In this document: piece by piece, positions 59,214 through 64,000 of the stretch
Numbering within the stretch: position 1 is the first letter of the stretch
How the letters are laid out: each line of letters begins with the position of its first letter
Position numbers and translations under genes: made by a program
Origin: Escherichia coli
GTDB lineage: Bacteria > Pseudomonadota > Gammaproteobacteria > Enterobacterales > Enterobacteriaceae
NCBI RefSeq assembly: GCF_013122565.1
Contig: NZ_CP053258.1
Direction: 5' to 3' (one strand)
DNA: 64,000 nucleotides
The notes under the pieces: model-generated
Seen by the model: the letters and a program-made list of their open reading frames with translations, nothing else
Told to the model about the DNA's origin: nothing
The model's database searches: none

Positions 59214-59528
59214 AACAACTCCTTAAAAATTGCACCCATGGCAATTGCACGAGCAGTGTTAATGTGGCGATTACGGTATCGATGACAACGGGTAAATAAG
59301 GTGATGAATATCACACAGGGATTATTAACAAAAGAATTCAAATAACCGTCAGGCTATTACGCGTTATTTTTTAATAAGCATGGTTGTTTTAAAAACAGGT
59401 TAAAAGCGCGAAGATTATCAAATAAATTCTAACTATATTTTTTTGCCTGTCTGGATCACATAATCCAGATATTTTCCCTGTATGTTAATTGCAGTCATGC
59501 TTCACACCGTCGTTAAAAAGGAAGACAG

Positions 59529-60578
59529 ATGAAAATCAGTCGGGAAACACTCCACCAGCTAATCGAGAATAAACTCTGCCAGGCTGGGTTAAAACGTGAG
59601 CACGCTGCAACCGTGGCTGAAGTATTGGTTTACGCCGATGCCAGAGGGATCCACTCTCATGGCGCGGTGCGCGTTGAATACTACGCAGAACGCATTTCAA
59701 AAGGCGGCACCAACCGCGAACCGGAATTTCGTCTTGAAGAAACCGGGCCGTGTTCGGCAATTTTACATGCCGACAATGCCGCCGGACAGGTCGCGGCGAA
59801 AATGGGTATGGAACATGCCATCAAAACCGCCCAGCAAAATGGCGTTGCGGTGGTCGGTATCAGCCGGATGGGTCACAGCGGCGCAATCTCTTATTTTGTG
59901 CAGCAGGCCGCCCGCGCCGGATTAATTGGCATTTCGATGTGTCAGTCCGATCCGATGGTGGTGCCGTTTGGCGGCGCGGAAATTTACTACGGTACTAACC
60001 CACTGGCCTTTGCCGCGCCGGGAGAAGGCAACGAGATCCTTACCTTTGATATGGCGACTACCGTACAGGCATGGGGAAAAGTGCTCGATGCCCGCTCGCG
60101 TAATATGTCTATCCCGGATACCTGGGCGGTCGATAAAAACGGTGCACCAACAACCGATCCGTTCGCGGTACATGCTCTGCTCCCCGCCGCCGGGCCGAAA
60201 GGGTATGGCCTGATGATGATGATTGACGTCCTCTCAGGCGTCTTACTCGGCTTACCGTTCGGGCGACAGGTTAGTTCGATGTATGACGATTTACACGCAG
60301 GGCGTAATTTGGGGCAATTACATATAGTTATTAATCCGAACTTTTTCTCCTCCAGCGAATTATTCCGTCAACATCTTAGCCAGACCATGCGCGAATTAAA
60401 TGCCATTACCCCCGCGCCCGGTTTTAATCAGGTTTATTATCCCGGACAGGATCAGGATATTAAACAACGCAAAGCCGCCGTCGAAGGCATCGAAATTGTT
60501 GATGATATTTACCAGTATTTAATTTCCGACGCGCTTTATAACACGTCATACGAAACGAAAAATCCCTTTGCGCAATAA
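59529..60578 (+). CDS. allD: ureidoglycolate dehydrogenase AllD
   Basis: 349-aa ORF MKISRETLHQLIENKLCQAGLKREHAATV... Confidence 0.93.
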   Translation: MKISRETLHQLIENKLCQAGLKREHAATVAEVLVYADARGIHSHGAVRVEYYAERISKGGTNREPEFRLEETGPCSAILHADNAAGQVAAKMGMEHAIKTAQQNGVAVVGISRMGHSGAISYFVQQAARAGLIGISMCQSDPMVVPFGGAEIYYGTNPLAFAAPGEGNEILTFDMATTVQAWGKVLDARSRNMSIPDTWAVDKNGAPTTDPFAVHALLPAAGPKGYGLMMMIDVLSGVLLGLPFGRQVSSMYDDLHAGRNLGQLHIVINPNFFSSSELFRQHLSQTMRELNAITPAPGFNQVYYPGQDQDIKQRKAAVEGIEIVDDIYQYLISDALYNTSYETKNPFAQ

Positions 60579-60599
60579 TTATTGAGACAGGACTTTCTT

Positions 60600-61835
60600 A
60601 TGATTACACATTTTCGCCAAGCCATAGAAGAAACGCTGCCCTGGCTTTCCTCTTTTGGCGCTGACCCAGCGGGTGGGATGACCCGTTTACTTTATTCGCC
60701 GGAATGGCTGGAAACCCAGCAGCAATTTAAAAAAAGAATGGCAGCAAGCGGGCTGGAAACACGTTTCGATGAAGTGGGGAATTTATACGGTCGCCTGAAT
60801 GGCACCGTATATCCACAGGAAGTGGTTCTGAGCGGTTCGCATATCGATACCGTGGTTAACGGCGGTAACCTCGACGGGCAATTCGGCGCGCTGGCGGCGT
60901 GGCTGGCAATTGACTGGTTGAAAACGCAATACGGCGCGCCGTTACGTACGGTTGAAGTGGTGGCGATGGCGGAAGAAGAAGGCAGCCGCTTCCCGTATGT
61001 TTTCTGGGGCAGTAAAAATATCTTTGGGCTGGCGAATCCTGACGACGTGCGGAATATCTGTGATGCCAAAGGAAATAGTTTTGTCGATGCGATGAAGGCT
61101 TGCGGATTTACTCTGCCGAACGCACCACTAACTCCGCGTCAGGATATTAAAGCCTTTGTCGAACTGCATATCGAACAGGGCTGTGTGCTGGAAAGTAATG
61201 GGCAATCAATTGGCGTGGTGAATGCAATTGTCGGGCAGCGTCGCTATACGGTGACGCTGAACGGCGAATCAAACCATGCAGGCACCACGCCGATGGGTTA
61301 TCGTCGTGATACGGTTTACGCTTTCAGTCGCATTTGCCATCAGTCGATCGAAAAAGCGAAAAAGATGGGCGATCCGCTGGTTCTGACCTTTGGGAAAGTA
61401 GAGCCGCGCCCGAATACGGTGAATGTGGTGCCGGGTAAAACCACGTTCACCATTGATTGTCGTCATACCGACGCCGCCGTGCTGCGTGATTTCACCCAAC
61501 AGTTAGAAAACGACATGCGGGCGATTTGCGATGAAATGGACATTGGTATTGATATCGATTTATGGATGGACGAAGAACCCGTGCCGATGAATAAGGACCT
61601 GGTCGCCACCCTGACAGAATTGTGTGAAAGTGAAAAACTGAATTACCGGGTGATGCACAGTGGTGCCGGGCACGACGCGCAAATTTTCGCGCCTCGCGTA
61701 CCAACCTGCATGATTTTTATCCCCAGCATCAACGGGATCAGCCATAACCCGGCGGAACGCACCAATATTACCGACCTTGCCGAAGGGGTCAAAACGTTGG
61801 CACTCATGCTTTATCAACTTGCCTGGCAGAAATAA
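60600..61835 (+). CDS. allC: allantoate amidohydrolase AllC (M20 peptidase family)
   Basis: ORF track 60582..61835; start placed at MITHFRQAIEETLPWLSSFG (411 aa). Confidence 0.92.
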   Translation: MITHFRQAIEETLPWLSSFGADPAGGMTRLLYSPEWLETQQQFKKRMAASGLETRFDEVGNLYGRLNGTVYPQEVVLSGSHIDTVVNGGNLDGQFGALAAWLAIDWLKTQYGAPLRTVEVVAMAEEEGSRFPYVFWGSKNIFGLANPDDVRNICDAKGNSFVDAMKACGFTLPNAPLTPRQDIKAFVELHIEQGCVLESNGQSIGVVNAIVGQRRYTVTLNGESNHAGTTPMGYRRDTVYAFSRICHQSIEKAKKMGDPLVLTFGKVEPRPNTVNVVPGKTTFTIDCRHTDAAVLRDFTQQLENDMRAICDEMDIGIDIDLWMDEEPVPMNKDLVATLTELCESEKLNYRVMHSGAGHDAQIFAPRVPTCMIFIPSINGISHNPAERTNITDLAEGVKTLALMLYQLAWQK

Positions 61836-61845
61836 GGAGTCATAA

Positions 61846-62631
61846 ATGGGATATTTAAATAACGTCACCGGTTACCGCGATGATTTACTGGCTAACCGTG
61901 CGATTGTGAAACACGGTAATTTCGCACTGTTAACACCAGACGGTCTGGTAAAAAATATTATTCCGGGCTTTGAAAATTGTGACGCGACAATCCTCTCCAC
62001 GCCAAAGCTGGGTGCCTCTTTTGTTGATTATCTGGTCACACTGCATCAAAACGGCGGCAACCAACAGGGCTTCGGTGGTGAAGGCATTGAAACGTTCCTG
62101 TATGTGATTTTCGGGAATGTGGCGGCAGAAGTTGATGGGGAAAAATTTGCCTTAAGTGAAGGCGGTTATCTTTACTGCCCGCCAGGCTCCTTAATGACGT
62201 TTGTTAACGCCCAAGCCGAAGACAGCCAAATCTTTTTATATAAGCGCCGCTATGTTCCGGTAGAAGGCCATGCACCGTGGCTGGTTTCTGGCAATGCCAG
62301 CGAACTGGAACGCATTCATTATGAAGGCATGGACGATGTTATTCTGCTGGATTTTCTGCCCAAAGAGTTAGGTTTTGATATGAACATGCATATCCTCTCT
62401 TTTGCACCAGGTGCCAGCCACGGTTATATCGAAACACATGTTCAGGAACACGGTGCCTATATTCTTTCCGGTCAGGGGGTTTATAACCTCGATAATAACT
62501 GGATCCCGGTGAAAAAAGGCGATTACATCTTTATGGGCGCTTATTCTTTACAGGCTGGTTATGGCGTAGGGCGTGGTGAAGCGTTCAGCTATATTTACTC
62601 GAAAGATTGTAACCGCGACGTAGAGATTTGA
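61846..62631 (+). CDS. allE: (S)-ureidoglycine aminohydrolase AllE (YlbA, cupin)
   Basis: 261-aa ORF MGYLNNVTGYRDDLLANRAIVKHG... Confidence 0.9.
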   Translation: MGYLNNVTGYRDDLLANRAIVKHGNFALLTPDGLVKNIIPGFENCDATILSTPKLGASFVDYLVTLHQNGGNQQGFGGEGIETFLYVIFGNVAAEVDGEKFALSEGGYLYCPPGSLMTFVNAQAEDSQIFLYKRRYVPVEGHAPWLVSGNASELERIHYEGMDDVILLDFLPKELGFDMNMHILSFAPGASHGYIETHVQEHGAYILSGQGVYNLDNNWIPVKKGDYIFMGAYSLQAGYGVGRGEAFSYIYSKDCNRDVEI

Positions 62632-62673
62632 GTCCTACCACTCGCCTGATTATTTTTAGCTATGTTGGATTTT

Positions 62674-62700
62674 GCCACGGTTTATACCGTGGCTTTTTTT
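62674..62700 (+). terminator. rho-independent terminator of the allD-allC-allE transcript
   Basis: gccacgg-tttata-ccgtggc followed by tttttt; itself flanked by inverted repeats gctatgttg / caacatagc. Confidence 0.65.
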
Positions 62701-62708
62701 GCAACATA

Positions 62709-62813
62709 GCCTGATGCGCTTCGCTTATCAGGCCTACATGATCTCTGCAATATATAGAATTTACGCGATTTTCAGGAAGGATATGGTACTCATGCCGCAT
62801 CCGGCATGAGTAC
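62709..62813. repeat. REP-like palindromes between allE and glxK
   Basis: gcctgatgcgcttcgcttatcaggcctac (REP-like) and the perfect palindrome gtactcatgccg-catc-cggcatgagtac at 62786..62813. Confidence 0.45.
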
Positions 62814-62858
62814 TGCACTCTTATGCGATATAAATCGCATCCGCTTTAAAGGTAAGGG

Positions 62859-64000
62859 TCAGTTTTTAATTCCCTGACCTATTTTAATGGCGCAGGCAAT
62901 ATTTCGCGCGCTGTTGAAGAGATTGGTTTCACCGCTGGCGAGCACTTCGGCTAAAGGTGCCAGACGTGGCAAAATGCTGAATACCGCGTCAATGCCGTAC
63001 TGGTGCACCACTTCCACGCCATCACCCAATACGCCAGCAATCCCAATCACCGGTACATTAAACTGCTTCGCCACCGACGCAACGCCCAGCGGCGCTTTAC
63101 CGCCTGCCGTTTGCGAGTCGATGCGCCCCTCCCCGGTGATCACCAGTGCTGCCCCCTGCACTGCCTGCTCCAGGTTGACCGCCCGCAGTACAATCTCAAT
63201 ACCCGGTCTAATATCCGCATTGAGAAATACCGCCGCCGCAATACCCATACCGCCCGCCGCGCCGCCGCCCGCCATCTGACAAACATTAATTTCAGTTTGC
63301 TGTTGTAAAACACGGGCGTAATTTTGCAGCCCCTGTTCCAGCTCTTCGACCATCTCCGGCGTTGCCCCTTTTTGCGGGCCAAACACCGCCGCCGCGCCGC
63401 GTGCCCCGACCAGCGGGTTATCAACGTCACATGCTACTTCAATATGGCAATTCGCCAGACGCGGATCGCATTCATCCATCTCAATGCTTGCCACGCGCGC
63501 TAAATTGCTGCCGTTAGCTGCCAGCACCTGACCGTCGGCATCGAGAAAACGCACACCAAGCGCCTGCGCCATGCCCATACCGCCGTCTACCGTCGCGCTA
63601 CCACCAATGCCGAGAATAATATGGCGAATACCGTTATCCAGCGCATGGCGAATTAACTCCCCCGTACCAAAACTGGAGGCCAGCAACGGATTACGCTTTT
63701 CAGGCGCGACCAGCATCAGGCCACTTGCTGCCGCCATCTCAATCACCGCCGTTTTCCCGTCGCCGGTAAGGCCATAAAAAGCATTCACTTTTTCGCCCAT
63801 CGGCCCGCAGACTTCAAGCGTCACGATGTTGCCGCCCGTCGCGGCGACCATCGCATCCACCGTCCCTTCGCCGCCATCCGCTATCGGTAAACAGATATAG
63901 TGCGCATCGGGAAAGAGGGTCGAAAACCCGGCTTTAATTGCCTGACAACATTTTTCTGCACTTAAGCTCTCTTTAAAAGAGTCTGGCGCAATGACAATCT
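62859..64000 (-). CDS. glxK: glycerate 2-kinase GlxK (5' end truncated; start codon about 4 bp beyond window end)
   Basis: Minus-strand frame open to the window edge; in-window translation ..[26 protein letters not shown]...[23 protein letters not shown]... matches glycerate kinase. Confidence 0.9.
   Translation of the reverse strand, partial: IVIAPDSFKESLSAEKCCQAIKAGFSTLFPDAHYICLPIADGGEGTVDAMVAATGGNIVTLEVCGPMGEKVNAFYGLTGDGKTAVIEMAAASGLMLVAPEKRNPLLASSFGTGELIRHALDNGIRHIILGIGGSATVDGGMGMAQALGVRFLDADGQVLAANGSNLARVASIEMDECDPRLANCHIEVACDVDNPLVGARGAAAVFGPQKGATPEMVEELEQGLQNYARVLQQQTEINVCQMAGGGAAGGMGIAAAVFLNADIRPGIEIVLRAVNLEQAVQGAALVITGEGRIDSQTAGGKAPLGVASVAKQFNVPVIGIAGVLGDGVEVVHQYGIDAVFSILPRLAPLAEVLASGETNLFNSARNIACAIKIGQGIKN

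Overview
This window is a syntenic stretch of Escherichia coli chromosome, in reverse orientation relative to the K-12 map, and I found no convincing previously undescribed system in it. It runs from the enterobactin cluster (entE-entC / fepB / entS / fepDGC / fepE / entF-ybdZ-fes / fepA-entD) through hokE with an IS150 copy, ybdK-ybdJ-ybdF-nfsB-ybdG, pheP, the cusCFBA/cusRS copper-silver efflux locus, nfrB-nfrA-ybcH, envY, tRNA-Arg(UCU) argU, fimZ and the sfm fimbrial operon, folD-ybcJ-ybcI, cysS, ppiB-lpxH, purEK, the ybcF-ylbF-ylbE-fdrA cluster and allD-allC-allE, ending inside glxK. Gene identities are from my recognition of the translated ORFs; nothing was searched against a database. The points most worth a second look are structural differences from K-12 as I remember it: envY sits directly beside argU with no DLP12 prophage, ompT or appY between them; a full-length 1443-bp IS150 with a GGG target duplication sits 70 bp upstream of hokE; the IS186 hot-spot motif between entD and hokE is unoccupied; and ylbE is one uninterrupted frame. 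The least-characterised modules are nfrB-nfrA-ybcH and fdrA-ylbE-ylbF-ybcF. Coordinates of genes are anchored to the ORF track; coordinates of small sites (Fur boxes, REP elements, hairpins) were placed by hand and may be off by a base or two. No CRISPR array, rRNA, integrase or obvious defence island was seen.
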